From Octopus vulgaris (lineage: Eukaryota): a stretch of 64,000 bases of DNA. The position numbers were made by a program, and so were the translations under genes. Where the stretch lies: assembly GCA_951406725.2 (NCBI GenBank), contig OX597819.1, positions 72,788,001 through 72,852,000 on the forward strand. The letters run 5' to 3'. The notes beneath the pieces were generated by a model, which saw only the letters and a list, made by a program, of their open reading frames with translations, ran no database searches and was not told the origin of the DNA. Shown one piece after another: positions 39,896 through 52,130 of this stretch. Within the stretch, counting starts at the first letter, position 1; every line of letters starts with the position of its first letter.

Positions 39896-41526
39896 CACAC
39901 AATACTCTAATTCTTTATGATGGAAACTATTAATATATATGTTAACTATATATAAACAAATGATAGATAATTATTATTTAAATGCCTGCATTAATTTGCA
40001 TCGATTTTCCAAGAATTTCTTTTCTCCTTTCTCTAAAGGAGAACCACGTCACCGAAGCTAAACCACACAACTATTATATTCTGCTTGTTTCAGTCACTGG
40101 ACTGTGGCCATGCTGGGGCACCACCTAGAAAGTTTTACTCAAACAAATTGATCCTAAAATTTGTTTTTTGTTTTTTAAATCACAGTATTTTTTCTATTGG
40201 TCTCTTTTGCCAAACTGCAAGGTTACAGGGTCATAAACAAACCAACAGCGATTATCAATTGATGGGGAGGACAAACACAAAGGCACATGTATGCACACAC
40301 ACACACAGCCTCAGGCTGCATGGCAACTTCACTAGTGATGGTGGAATAAAAAATAAAAAAAGCACAGTGGTTGACATTAGGAAGAGCATCCAGCAGGAGA
40401 AACCATGGAGCATAATGCAGTCCTTGGACCCACTGAATCCTGTAAAACCCTCCAACCCATGTCAGCTAGGAACAAAGATATTAAATGGTGGTGGTGGTGA
40501 TGGTGGTGTTGATGGTGGCAGTGATAATCTTGAGTTTCCTTTTGTGTCACTTTTTTGGCGGCAGTGGCAGTGAGGTTTTATGTGATATACAGATATTAAA
40601 AAATACCCAGCCAAATGTTTACAAGCTTGAACTCGAAATATCTGTGCTTGATACCAGATTTATTTAGCACCAGTATTGTTGAAGGTGTTTTTTAAACACA
40701 GCACCATGCAACTTGCAATCTTAGATGAAACCTCAACTCTTAAATTACTTACTGCAGGACTTGCAAGTGAAGGAAAAGATTCATATAAGAGCAATATAAA
40801 TGGTAGCACTGTCAACTTTCACAAATACAAAGGAAAGCAAATGAAAGAGACAACAAATTCATAGTGACTACCAACATACTCCCTCTTATCCCGCCCCTCT
40901 CTCTCTCTCTCTGAATAATTTTGCACCTGGCCAGCAAATCTTTCTCATGTATGTTACAGATTTTAATCAATAATCAAGAACAGCCTCTACCGACTCTTTA
41001 GCTTCCCTCTGTAGCTTTCTTTTTATTTTAAACATAATATTATATGTCCCTGCTATAAATATAACACTGAATTATAGATATGTATTTCTTCTATTGTCAT
41101 ATGATCTCAAATCATTCTTATGTACTTTTTCAATCATACTATTTTGTTCCATCATGCATATATAAATGTACAAGAGTGCAAGAGAGAGAGCGTGTGTGTG
41201 TTTGTGTGTATAAGTGTGTGTGCAGATAAATAGCTTGTAAGTTATGGAAGCACATACATGCAATATATTGCACTAAAATAGTCTTCCTTCTTGATCATTT
41301 TAACATTTCTTCAAAACTTTTAAACAGCATTATATACCAAAACCTTCCTATGTACCTTTTCACTTAGTTTTTGTTTTTTAGTAAAACATTTATTCATATT
41401 GTTTTAATCTAATTCCTTCCTTTTAATCTCATGTTTAAAAAAAGAGTAAATCAATATAATTAATTAACACAGCTGTTCAGTTTTATTCCAAAGGAAAAAT
41501 ATTTGGTGACAATATTGAATTCATTA

Positions 41527-41748
41527 AAGGTGGCAAGCTGGCAGAAACATTAACATGCCGGGCGAAATGTTTAGCGGAATTTCGTCTATCTTTATGTTCT
41601 GAGTTCAAATACCACCAAGGCTGACTTTGCCTTTCATTCTTTCGGGGTCAATAAATTAAGTACCAGTTGTGTACTGAGGTCGATCAAATCACCTGACCAC
41701 CCCCACAAAAAAAAATTGGGGGGGTCTTGTGCATAGAGTAGAAGAGAA
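41527..41748 (+). mobile_element. SINE family B copy
   Basis: aaggtggcaagctggcagaaac...ctgagttcaaatacc...gcctttcattctttcggggtcaataaattaagtaccag. Confidence 0.85.
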
Positions 41749-42271
41749 TACTGAATTCATTTTTCATTCACAAAGTTTTGATATGCTGTTCCTTTTTTTT
41801 TTTGTTTTGTTTTTTTACCTAAACTGATAATATCTCACTAATCAAGTCTTCCCCTACCTTAACCAGTTCTTCATCACCTCCAATATTGTTGATGTGGCTC
41901 TTTATACATTAAGTAAATCTAAGATGTATTATTAAAAAATATAGCAGGAATAACAGAATCATAGTGTGTGGGGAGAGAAAGAAAGGAAAAATCAAATGTA
42001 CCACTTCTATCATCCATATTCATGATTTCAAGATACTTCAGTGTCCAATAAATGCTGTCTTGCTGAATGTAATTTGGCATACCTGATAATATTGACGAAG
42101 CTATGCTGAGAATTTCCAAGTCTTACAAGAACAAACACTAATGTTTAACTTTTACCTATTCATAGAATTATTTGTTTATATTTCTGGAAGGAATTATTAC
42201 TAAAGTAAGTACAGATTTTATCATTTGTGTTTATATTTGAAATTAGAACATTCTGATTGGGACAACTTTCA

Positions 42272-42303
<32 letters not shown>

Positions 42304-42379
42304 CCCCCCCCCCCCACACACAATCATCATCATCATCTCGCTCTAGGATTTAATCTGTGAAACTGTTTACAATCTATAG

Positions 42380-42518
42380 CAGTGATTCTCAACCTTTTTA
42401 ATATCCAGGCCAGATCCAAAACCTTCATGTTTTTTAGGAGGCTGCACTAATATTGAAAGGGGGAAGCCCGTTGGGGACTGCCAGAAGGATGCTTGAGAGC
42501 CGCAGTGCAGAACTACTG
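42380..42518. mobile_element. Short hAT-type MITE
   Basis: CAGTGATTCTC...AGAACTACTG ends; 8-bp TSD ATCTATAG (42372-42379) / ATCTACAG (42519-42526). Confidence 0.7.
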
Positions 42519-43399
42519 ATCTACAGGGTTTATCATCGACATTACATATTTTAACACCCACTTTCATCATGAACAAACGTTTTTTCCACAAAATATTGGA
42601 AATGAATGACACTATATGGCCAATTCATTTACAACAATCACATGATGCCAAGGAGGTAAAACACACACAGGCATATATGATAGGCTTCTTTCAGTTTCTG
42701 TCTTCCAAACCTATTCACAAGACTTTGGTCAACCTGGGGCTGTAGTAGAAGACATTTGCTCAAGGTAACATTTGTCATGAAACAGAAAACCATATGGCTG
42801 AGAAGCAGACTTCTTACCACACAGCCACTCCTTATTTCTATACTAAGCATGATGAAAGAACACAATTACCAATTACCCTTCTTTGTCACACAGTGAAGCT
42901 TTGTGGCCAAGTGGTTATGGAGCTGCATTCACAACCACTTGATCGTGGTTTCAATTCCTGGTCTGAACATTGCCTTGTGTTCTTCAGTAAGAACACTTTA
43001 TTTCATGCTGCTCCAGTCACATGGTGGTAGAAGATTGAGCATGATGTGTCCAGATGTGGCCAATCAGTCCGATGCGCGCTTAGAAGGCTCTGCTATAAGT
43101 CAGACAGTGATTGTCTGTTGGGGCTAAAAGCAAGGAGTTAGCTCTGGGTAATCCTGTTCTGTTCATAAAATGTAGTACACCTCTGCTGGTGCAGCCTTAT
43201 CAGAGAGGGCAGTCTTGTGCTTGCCTTTCCCAGGTGTTAGAATTTATCTCAAAGCTCTTCAATAAGGCTTTAAATGTGTCCTTGAAGCACTTTTTATGTC
43301 CACATATCAAACCAAAGGGGAAAAATGTATACCCATTTTAAGAATTTGGGGATAATATAATACTAGAAGCATGTACAGACTTATCACACCACTCCACAG

Positions 43400-44130
43400 A
43401 TCATCATCATCAATCATTTAACATCCGCTTTCCATGCTGGCATGGGTTGGACAGTTTGACTGAGGACTGGCAAGCCAGGAGGCGGAACCTGGCTCCAATC
43501 TGATCTGGCAGACTTTCTACAGCTGGATGTCCTTCCTAACACCAACCACTTTGAGAGTGTAGTGGGTGCTTTTACATGCCACTGGCACGAGGGCTAGTCA
43601 CACGATACTGGCAATGGCCATGCTCAAATGGTACTTTTTAAGTGCCACCTGCACAGGAGCCAGTCCAGTGGCACTAGCAACAACCTCGCTCAACTGTTTT
43701 ATCACGTGCCAGTAAGGCAACACTGGTAATGATCACGCTCGAATGTTGCTTTTTATGTGCCACCAGCACAGGAGTCAGTCAGTGGCCCTGGCAACAATCA
43801 TGCTTGGATGGTGCTCTTAGCGTTCCACTAGCACGGATGCCAGTCATGTGGTGCTGTCATCGGCGACATTGGCAAATTTGATTTCGATTTCACTTGCCTC
43901 AACAGGTCTTCGCAAGTAGAGTTTAGTGTCCAATGTCCAATGAAAGAAAGGTACGCATAGGCCAGGGGTTATGGTCTTCTCAAGCACAGCATATTTCCAA
44001 AGGTCTCAGTCACTAGTCATTGCCTCGGTGAGGCCTAATGTTCAAAAGTCGTGCTTCACCACCTCATCCCATGTCTTCCTGGGTCTACCTCTTCCACAGG
44101 TTCCCTCAACCACTAGGGTATGACAGTTTC
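43400..44130 (-). mobile_element. RTE-clade LINE 3' end (ORF C-terminus plus repetitive 3' UTR)
   Basis: Translates VVEGTCGRGRPRKTWDEVVKHD (RTE GRP motif), then repeated gccagtgg...aaaaagca units and an (ATG)n tail. Confidence 0.85.
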
Positions 44131-45155
44131 TAAGTGAATGATAAAATATATCCAAAACAAATGATAATGAATCATCTCTTGTCATTACAGAGGGGTTGAT
44201 AAAGGTGATTTGATAAACCTGTCGTAAGCTACAGTGTGTGACAGGAAAATCTCTCATATTTTGGTGTAGCACTAATGAAATTAGGCAGGTGGTAATGATG
44301 TCTTCATGTAATTAGTATTATACCTTCCCCACTGTCCACCTTTATGGATTAAACCAGGGTATGCAGTGAATTTGCTGTTGAGATGTTTATTAAGAATGGT
44401 GAATTTGAGAGGCTTTTTTTTTTCTGCCTTCATGCTTTGTTTGATTAGAAAGGAAAGTAACAATGAAATAAGCCTATACATATAATCTATGTGACCTTAT
44501 ATGGGATGGTGTTTTTATTATGGACAAAATTTATAGAGCAATGAGAACTTGTTAAACCCTCTTCTGGTCAATATGGTTATCTTTAAGAAAGTGTTTATTT
44601 AAACTGCTGTAACAATGATGCTATTTGCAATAAAGATTTTGGTGTAAGCAGAAATAGCAAAGCAGAAGTAAATTAGGGAATAAAAACACAACTTGTAAAC
44701 AAAAGAAAAAAAAAAAGAACAGAGAGAAGCATGAGATCAATAGAATAATCTACATTATATATTAAGTTTTAATTGTTACAGAGAGAAATAAATTATGTAA
44801 ACATAAATATAATTGGCAGTAACAGATTAAGCCGTATATTCCTGAACATTCCAAATATGACCAAAAAAAAAAATCAAAATTGGAAGTTTTCTTTATCTAC
44901 AGTTTGATGATAACTGGCCAAAACTTTGAAGTCACTAGTAATACTTTTCTTGTAAAAGAATAGTTTATACTTAACTAAATGTATTGAGTAATCCTTCAAT
45001 TTAACATGAGAAATACTGGAGAGTTGGAGTGACAATGATGAGAACCTACATTTAAAGATGGTAACAGTAAATAGGGGAAGAGGTGATCATAGTGAACATG
45101 ATTTGGAAAAACTCAGCTGTGTGTTTTGAGCAAAGATGATAGACAAATTGAAGAA

Positions 45156-45663
45156 TAAAACAGTTACATTAATTACATTTGACGGATATTGGTCCTCACC
45201 TTGTTTGTTGTTAACACAATGTTTTGGCTGATATACCCTCCAGCCTTCATCAGGTGTCTTGGGGAAATTTTGAACCTGGGTTCTCATTCCCAAGGTATTT
45301 TTCGATGTTATTATTATCATTATTATTATTATTATTAAGGTCACTGCCTGGAATCAAACTCGGAATCTTGGGGTTAGTAGCCTGTGCTCTTAACCACTAT
45401 ACTATATGCACACGGGCATATGACAGTGCCCTGAACAACAACAACAGCAGCAACAACAACAACAACAACGGAAAATACCTTAGGAATGAGAACCCAGGTT
45501 CGAAATTTCCCCCAAGACACCTGATGGAAGCTGGAGGGTATATCAGCCGAAACGTTGTGTTAACAAACAAGATGAGGACAAATATCCATCAAATGTAAAT
45601 GATTTAAATAATGTATATAATTCCTCATCTCTTAAATATGTAACTGTAAAACAGTTACATTAA
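45156..45663. mobile_element. Head-to-head palindromic tRNA-headed, hammerhead-carrying retroelement (copy 1; right tRNA head internally deleted)
   Basis: Arms about 45173-45412 and 45413-45646 are reverse complements; 17-bp direct repeat TAAAACAGTTACATTAA at 45156-45172 and 45647-45663. Confidence 0.85.
45516..45561 (+). ncRNA. PLE-type minimal hammerhead motif (degenerate copy)
   Basis: GACAC-CTGATGG(A)-AGCTG..CAGCC-GAAA-CGTT-GTGTT; mirror copy on the minus strand at about 45213-45258 with intact CTGATGA but CpG-decayed GAAAC. Confidence 0.6.
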
Positions 45664-46587
45664 AATATATTAAATTTATCATTGACCCAAAAAGTTGCTT
45701 TGAGTTTTGGTTACATACAGATATAGTTTTATCACGCTCATTATATGTAAAATTATACACATAAATACACACACACACACACTGCATTCAAATTCTTCCT
45801 CATATTTCGAAGAAGTATAAGCACAAGAAAGAATTAATTAAATTATAGAAATCCGATGCATTCAACATTAGTCTAACTAATCTGTACTAATCCAACTTAG
45901 CAAATTGATGCCACCCGTTGAAATATTTAGCCTCTGCTTCTATGTAATACTGATATCATCCTTTAAACAAGTGCAGCTAATAATATTACTTATCATGTGA
46001 AATCTTAAAATGTAATAATGTCAAAAAAACCTAATTTCAGAAAATCTTTACCAAACATTAACAGATCAGGCATGGGGGCATTCACCATTGTCCCAGGTCC
46101 TCCCAGAGCGACCCATCAAGCAGAGTCCCAGTCAGTCTCCATTCTCTGTGAGATACCTTCTACAAAATGTTGTATGCAGTGACTGGGTCAAATCCATCAG
46201 GAACCCTCATCCACCAATGGAGGGGGGTGCCTGGACAACAGGATGGGGTTGGATGGTTGTCACCTGAATGGTACAAAGGTGTTAATCTGTTAGGAGTGAA
46301 AAAACTCAGTTTAACTTGAGGAGACCTATTCGGGTAGGGACCTGGAATGTTCTCTCTCTAGGGAGCAGGGAGGGGGGAATACCCATCTGCTGCTGTTGTC
46401 TTTGGAGAATAGTAGGGATCCCTAATTTTTAAACTTGTACTCTTATGAAGTAAAAATAAATACACAGGAAGTGGGGGAGAGAGAGAGAGAGAGAGAGAAA
46501 TGAGAATATCTATCAATCAATAAACACTAAATGCTTTTTTAGGGAGAGAGATAGAAACGGCAAGAGGGAAGCTGAAAAAGGACTTAC

Positions 46588-46692
46588 CGCAATGTCTTGA
46601 GAAGGCCTGTGGTTTGATGACAAGGTGACATGTATCACATACGACCAGGTAAAGCTCATCCTTCGTTGGACATAATCCATATAAAGGCATAT
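46588..46692 (-). CDS. ATXN7: Internal exon of ataxin-7 family gene (N-terminal C2H2-type zinc finger, SAGA DUB module anchor)
   Basis: (D)MPLYGLCPTKDELYLVVCDTCHLVIKPQAFSRHC matches the ATXN7/ATXN7L1/L2 motif MxxxGxCPxxDxFYLVVCxxCxxVVKPQAFxxH. Acceptor ttttatttttccatttcAG and donor G|GTAAGT; 105 bp, phase 1-1. Confidence 0.9.
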
Positions 46693-46919
46693 CTGAAATG
46701 GAAAATAAAAATACATATATATATATATATGTAAAAAGAAAATATCTTATGATAGAAATATTTTGAAAAAAGATTTCTGAACAGAATTTTGAGGAAACTG
46801 TATTTGATATTAGAAGATGGGAATAAAATAAATTTTTTGTTATCATATTTCCACTAAAATATATTGTCTCCTTTCAATTAATTTCGAAAATGATGAAGAA
46901 TTTAGTAAAATCCTCATCA

Positions 46920-47220
46920 TCATTTAAAGTCCACTATTCCATGTTTGCAAGAGTCAGATGAAATTCGTTGAAGCAGTCTTTCAACAGCCAGATGTCTTTC
47001 CTGCCACCAACCCATACCTGTTTCCATACAAAGTTAATATTTCCCCCATGGCTAAACATGTTTCATAATGAAGACTACAACCATCAATCACATGATGTCA
47101 AAACAAAGGTACACGTATACATATACATGACAGGCTTCTTCCAGTTTCCGTTTACCAAATCCACTCCCAAGTCTATGGTAGAAAGACACTTGTCCAAGGT
47201 GCAGCACTGTGGCACCAAAT
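46920..47220 (-). mobile_element. SINE family A copy preceded by a MITE-B fragment
   Basis: ggcttcttccagtttccgtttaccaaatccactc...gacacttgtccaaggtgc. Confidence 0.75.
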
Positions 47221-48289
47221 TGAATTTGTCTGTAATCAATTGAAATTATTATTGCTTTAACATCCATTTTTTTCCACAACAGAAATCAGAAACATTTGAA
47301 GCGGTTATAACAACAACAGTGTAGTTTTTTTTTTATAAGAATAGCAAAAATATCAAATTTTAAAGAAATAATTATTGAAAACTGAGAAGCAGTGTAATCA
47401 AAGTTTTAAAAAAAAAAAGACTAACTGAATGATGCAAAAAAAACAACAAAAAGTGACATTGAATACACAAAAAAATTGTTTGACAAATTAACCAAACTAA
47501 ATAAAATGACAGATTGGCTAAGTTTCTCATCAAATATTTGTCTGGCCTTATAGATTTTTTTTTTTTTTTTTTTTTTCTTTCTCAATGTTGCTTTTAGTAA
47601 AAAAGCATAGAAAAACTATTTGTAAACTGCTGGAGATGTTAATATAGCACAGCGAAATATTCTACAAAGGAGTGATGGCTATCAAACAAAAAAAAAAATA
47701 AATAAATAACTCTTGAATTTCTCTCTGGATCAGAGATTTATTCTATCAGATATGTTAGCTCCATATTATAATAATAACCAATATAAATGTTGGTTGGTTT
47801 ATTTTCTAGTCACGCATTACATCACAGAGAGAGGAGGAAAGAGAGTTAAACGAGATAGAGATAGAGAGAGAGAGAGAGAGAAAGAGAGAGAGTTGAAGTA
47901 AGAAGGTGCAGGAAGAGTATCTTATAACTTTCTCTTTCTGAATACACAAATTTTTTATGTAATTTTTACAGAAATGTGTTTTTGATGGATTAGGCTGCTT
48001 ATAAATATTAGAAAAAAAACAACATATATTTATTAAGAAATTTGTTTTATTTAATCTTACTTTAAGGAAACGAATATTTTTCTTTTGAAAATTAGCATTC
48101 ATTTCATCATTTCGTATAAACACTAAGAAATTTGCTGCAAGTTAAATTATAATTATTGTCTGTATGTATGCCATAGTTGCTGATGTTACCACTCAATGAT
48201 AAAAGTATACTTCCAAAGTTATCCATTGTATCATAACTAATACTACTGGTGCCATGTAAAAAATATCCAGTACACTCCATAAAGTCATT

Positions 48290-48653
48290 GGTATCTTTTG
48301 GTTATCTCACCCCATTAAAAAAGTGGGTTACCTTCCCACTAAAAAAATTGAGTTTATGTGGTGACAAGAGATTGGATTTAGTTCCTTTTGATTCAATACT
48401 TCAACACATTGTTAACGTTTGACCTCCTCAACAGGAATGATATAATTTATTATAAGAATATTAACAGATTCAAGAAGATGCTTAATCTTTTCAGTTTTGC
48501 TGTTTATTAATTTTTTTTTTATTTTTTTTTTTTATTGAGGGATAAACAAATTGTTTTAGTTGGGGGGAATAACCAAAAGTACTGATATTTTTCATAAAAC
48601 GGGGAGAGATAACCCAATTTTTTTAATGGGGGTGAGATAACCAAAAAAATACC
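48290..48653. mobile_element. MITE with long TIRs and 8-bp TSD, Merlin-like ends, inserted in an RTE/SINE tail
   Basis: GGTATCTTTTGGTTATCTCACCCCATTAAAAAAGTGGGTTA / TAACCCAATTTTTTTAATGGGGGTGAGATAACCAAAAAAATACC; TSD AAGTCATT (48282-48289) / AAGTCGTT (48654-48661). Confidence 0.8.
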
Positions 48654-49628
48654 AAGTCGTTACCATTAGGAAGGGCAACCAGCTGTAGAAACCATGCAAA
48701 AACAGGTAATTGGAGCTTGGTGCAACTCTCCGACTTGCCGGCTCCCTCAAACTGTCCAAGCCATGCCAGCATGGAGAACTGACACTAAATGGTGATGATG
48801 ATGACGACAGAGAAGAGTTATGATTGACCAGTTATTGATGACATTGGAGCATTAACTGACAAAGTTAAGGAATATTCTGGTTGGAGGGTGTGAGGACAAA
48901 AATGAAGTCCCAAACTGAAAATAGAAGTATAGATGGACAAAGTGCATCAAGTGTAAACTATAATCTAAGCTCGAAAGAAAAGGTTGTTTGGTAAGTACTA
49001 AAAATAGTATATTTGTATTTTTTTTTTTCCCTATCAGTGCTAACATTCAACAAGAAGTACATTGATGTCAATTCTTGTAAATATAATTTCTAATTCTCAT
49101 TTAGCTACATTTTAGGTCAGAGATACTCCATTATATGTAATAATTCCCTTCTCCAGTTCTTGTAGCAGCAAGAAAGGAAATAGATTAACATGCAAAAACA
49201 GAGACAGGAATTTTAATTATCATAATTATGTCCGAGATTATTGATTATCAAAGGCCAATAAAATACGAGATTTTCATTGTTAACTGAGCAGTTGACTTAA
49301 AAGCCAAAGAACCAGTTCCACTACTGGTGTGCAGCCAACAGCATCATTTCTGGAATTATAATGGTGGTGGTTAGGGACAAATAACAAAACCATAATACAC
49401 TTACTTGGAACTAATACATTGAAAATTATGACAGTATTTTTGTACGTTTGATATTAAATAGAAAGGAAATCAAGCAGAGCAACATTTATAAATGGTAAAA
49501 TGACGACTACAATTCAAGACAAAATTCATTGTTATTGGATTTCTGTGAGTGAGAAACTAATTATTACTTGTGTTAATTTTGGAAAGAACAACCAGTGACC
49601 AAACCTTGCCATTGGTATACATAAATCT

Positions 49629-50066
49629 TTAACCCTTTAGCATTTAAACTGGCCATATCCGGCCCAAATACTCTACTTGTTTCAAGTTGAAGCTGGCGAC
49701 AAAACAAGTAGAATAGTTGGGCTCTCTATGCCGGTTTAGATTCCTGATCTGGGGAATGAAACCACAATCTTGCGATCATGAGTGCAACACGCTAACCTCT
49801 AGGCCAAACACCTATAAGGAATACCGTTCCAAAAGTATCGAGTCCTTCCTAGGAACCAGCAATAAAAATTCAATAATTTAATATTTATACCAGCCATATC
49901 CAGCCCAGATATCCCAACTGTTTTATGTTGAAATTGGCCAGATCCAGCCTCTCATACCAACCCTACAATGTCATTCTAAAAGTAAACATTCACATCATTG
50001 AAATCTCAAAGCTGTGACATAATGCCTGATTAATTCCAAACAATGTGAATACAATAAGCATCACAT

Positions 50067-50124
<58 letters not shown>

Positions 50125-50140
50125 AATGCTAAAGAGTTAA
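49629..50140. mobile_element. Composite MITE-A foldback (second copy) with internal (GA)n expansion
   Basis: TTAA at both ends; short internal inverted duplication 49660-49735; same spacer as 23110-23250; (GA)n 50069-50120. Confidence 0.75.
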
Positions 50141-50221
50141 ATATGACTGAACTATGCCAGCCTGGTTAGGTGAACACAACACAGAAAGTGATAAGCTAAG
50201 AAAATACACAGATGATAATAT

Positions 50222-50591
50222 TTAACCGTCAGAGACCACCTCTTAGTTCCAGGACACAAACTTCCTGTTTTAAAATGATCTGAATTAAAATGTTCCATCA
50301 AACTTCCATGTTAATTTATATTCTAAACACTAACATAAATAATGGCAAAGTTATTTTACTAAATTCTTTATCATTTTCAAAATGTATACAAACAAAGGCA
50401 GTGCATTTCAACAGAAAGATGGTAACAAAAGAATCAACACAACACCAGATACAGGCATGACTGTGTAGTAAGAAACTTGCTTCCGAACTACATGGTTCAG
50501 TCCCATCATGTGGCACCTTTGCCAAGTGGCTACTACTATAATTCCAAGCCAACCAAAATTTTGTGAGTGGATGGAAAGTGGAAGAAGGCAA

Positions 50592-50627
<36 letters not shown>

Positions 50628-50847
50628 GAGAGAGAAACCTTTATCTTGATGTTGCATGGTAGCTGTAACTGAATTTCAATGTCACACAAGCCTTGTTATT
50701 CATTTCCAACATCCTGTGAAAACATGTCTGGCCATGGAAAAATATTTACCCTAGTTGGAAAAAAGAAGGGCATCCAGCTACAGAAAACCTGCCTCAATAA
50801 ACTGACCCATGCAAGCATAAGAAAGTGGAAGTTATGATGATGATGAC
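50222..50847. mobile_element. MITE-B (about 50222-50430) followed by SINE A (plus, about 50451-50847)
   Basis: Shared family bodies; SINE ends gtggaagttatgatgatgatg. Confidence 0.75.
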
Positions 50848-51697
50848 TACAGGGTTTACCTTATGGTGCTATGTTGCCATTATGAAAGTATTTAAATTTC
50901 ATTAAGGAGCCCATGTATGTCAGTACTGAAGACTAAATGAAAAATATTGCGAAAGAAGAAAACAGAAGGAAGACATTTATTGAAAGTAAGATGGAAATAA
51001 TGAATGATGTCTAACTTCTTTTGAAAGTTCACGATGAAGTTGTAGTGAAAGACAAAAACAGAAAATTTTGCAACCAAAAATATAAACCTCCACTGCTGCT
51101 AAGTACACCTTTTTTTTTTAATAAAATGTTCACCAAAAATAAAGAGAACAAAAAAAAATAATAATCTTGAGAGTATATTTGCCATTATATTCAAAAACAT
51201 GTAGCTTTGAAATGGCTTCTGAACCACAGACTAAAAAGAAAAATGGGAAACCACCAAATTAATGGTGACAGTAAATATGTAGTAAAAGACTTTCTGCATT
51301 AAATTCTGTTTGGTGTAGCTTCCATCTGGAAAGACTTGAACTTTTCCACAGGTTTTAACCTTTTAAGGAACTATCTTAATGGAGCACAAGTTTCGATTTA
51401 ATTGCAATCTAATTAACTACCCAAAGCTAAATTATAAGATATTACAGATAAACAATTCCAACTTATTAACTAATTTTTCATTAGTGATTGATATTTCAAA
51501 CTTCTTGATATTGATTTCTTTGCAGTAATGAAGGCATTAAAATAATTATTAAAATTTAATGTTATCATTAATTTCTTCAAAGAGAGCTTATATGTAATTT
51601 TTTTAAATATTAAAATTCATTATTTTTACTTTCGATTTTAAAATATTGCAATTTTAGATATTATAAGGAGGGAAGTTAAATTTTGATGATAAAAATA

Positions 51698-52130
51698 ATC
51701 CTTTCTACAAGAGGCACAAGGCCTGAAATTTTAGAGAAGGAGTGTTAATTAAACCAACCCATCATTCAAATGGTGCTTCTTTCATTGACCTCAAAAGAAA
51801 GGCAGAGAAGGCCTCAGCAGAATTTCAAGCTAGTGGCATTTCTTCTGGGTTTATATTCTAACAATTCTGCCAGCTTTTCACCTGAATGATGATAAATAAT
51901 CCTTTCTACTATACGTACAAGGGAATGAGTCACTTACATTGACCCTAGGGCTCAACTGGTACTTATTTTATTGACCCTGAAAGGATGAACGGCAAAGTCC
52001 ACTCGGCAGCATTCAAACTCAAAATGTGAAGATGGGCAAAATGCCACAAGCATTTTGCCGCCACAAGCATTTTGCCCAGTGCAAAAATGCCACTAAGCAT
52101 TTTGCCTGGCGCATTAATGATCCTGACAGC
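51698..52130 (-). mobile_element. Two SINE family B copies
   Basis: ccctgaaaggatgaacggcaaagtccactcggcagcattcaaactc; local triplication of gccacaagcattttgcc. Confidence 0.7.

Noticed and set aside
43560-43860. Regularly spaced repeats resembling a CRISPR-like array (also 32570-33000, 59640-59960)
   Set aside because: Units are degenerate internal repeats of an RTE 3' UTR in eukaryotic DNA, without unique spacers or cas genes
46070-46430. GC-richer block next to the ATXN7 exon as a further exon
   Set aside because: No open frame with valid splice sites or ataxin-7 similarity; more likely a decayed retroelement fragment
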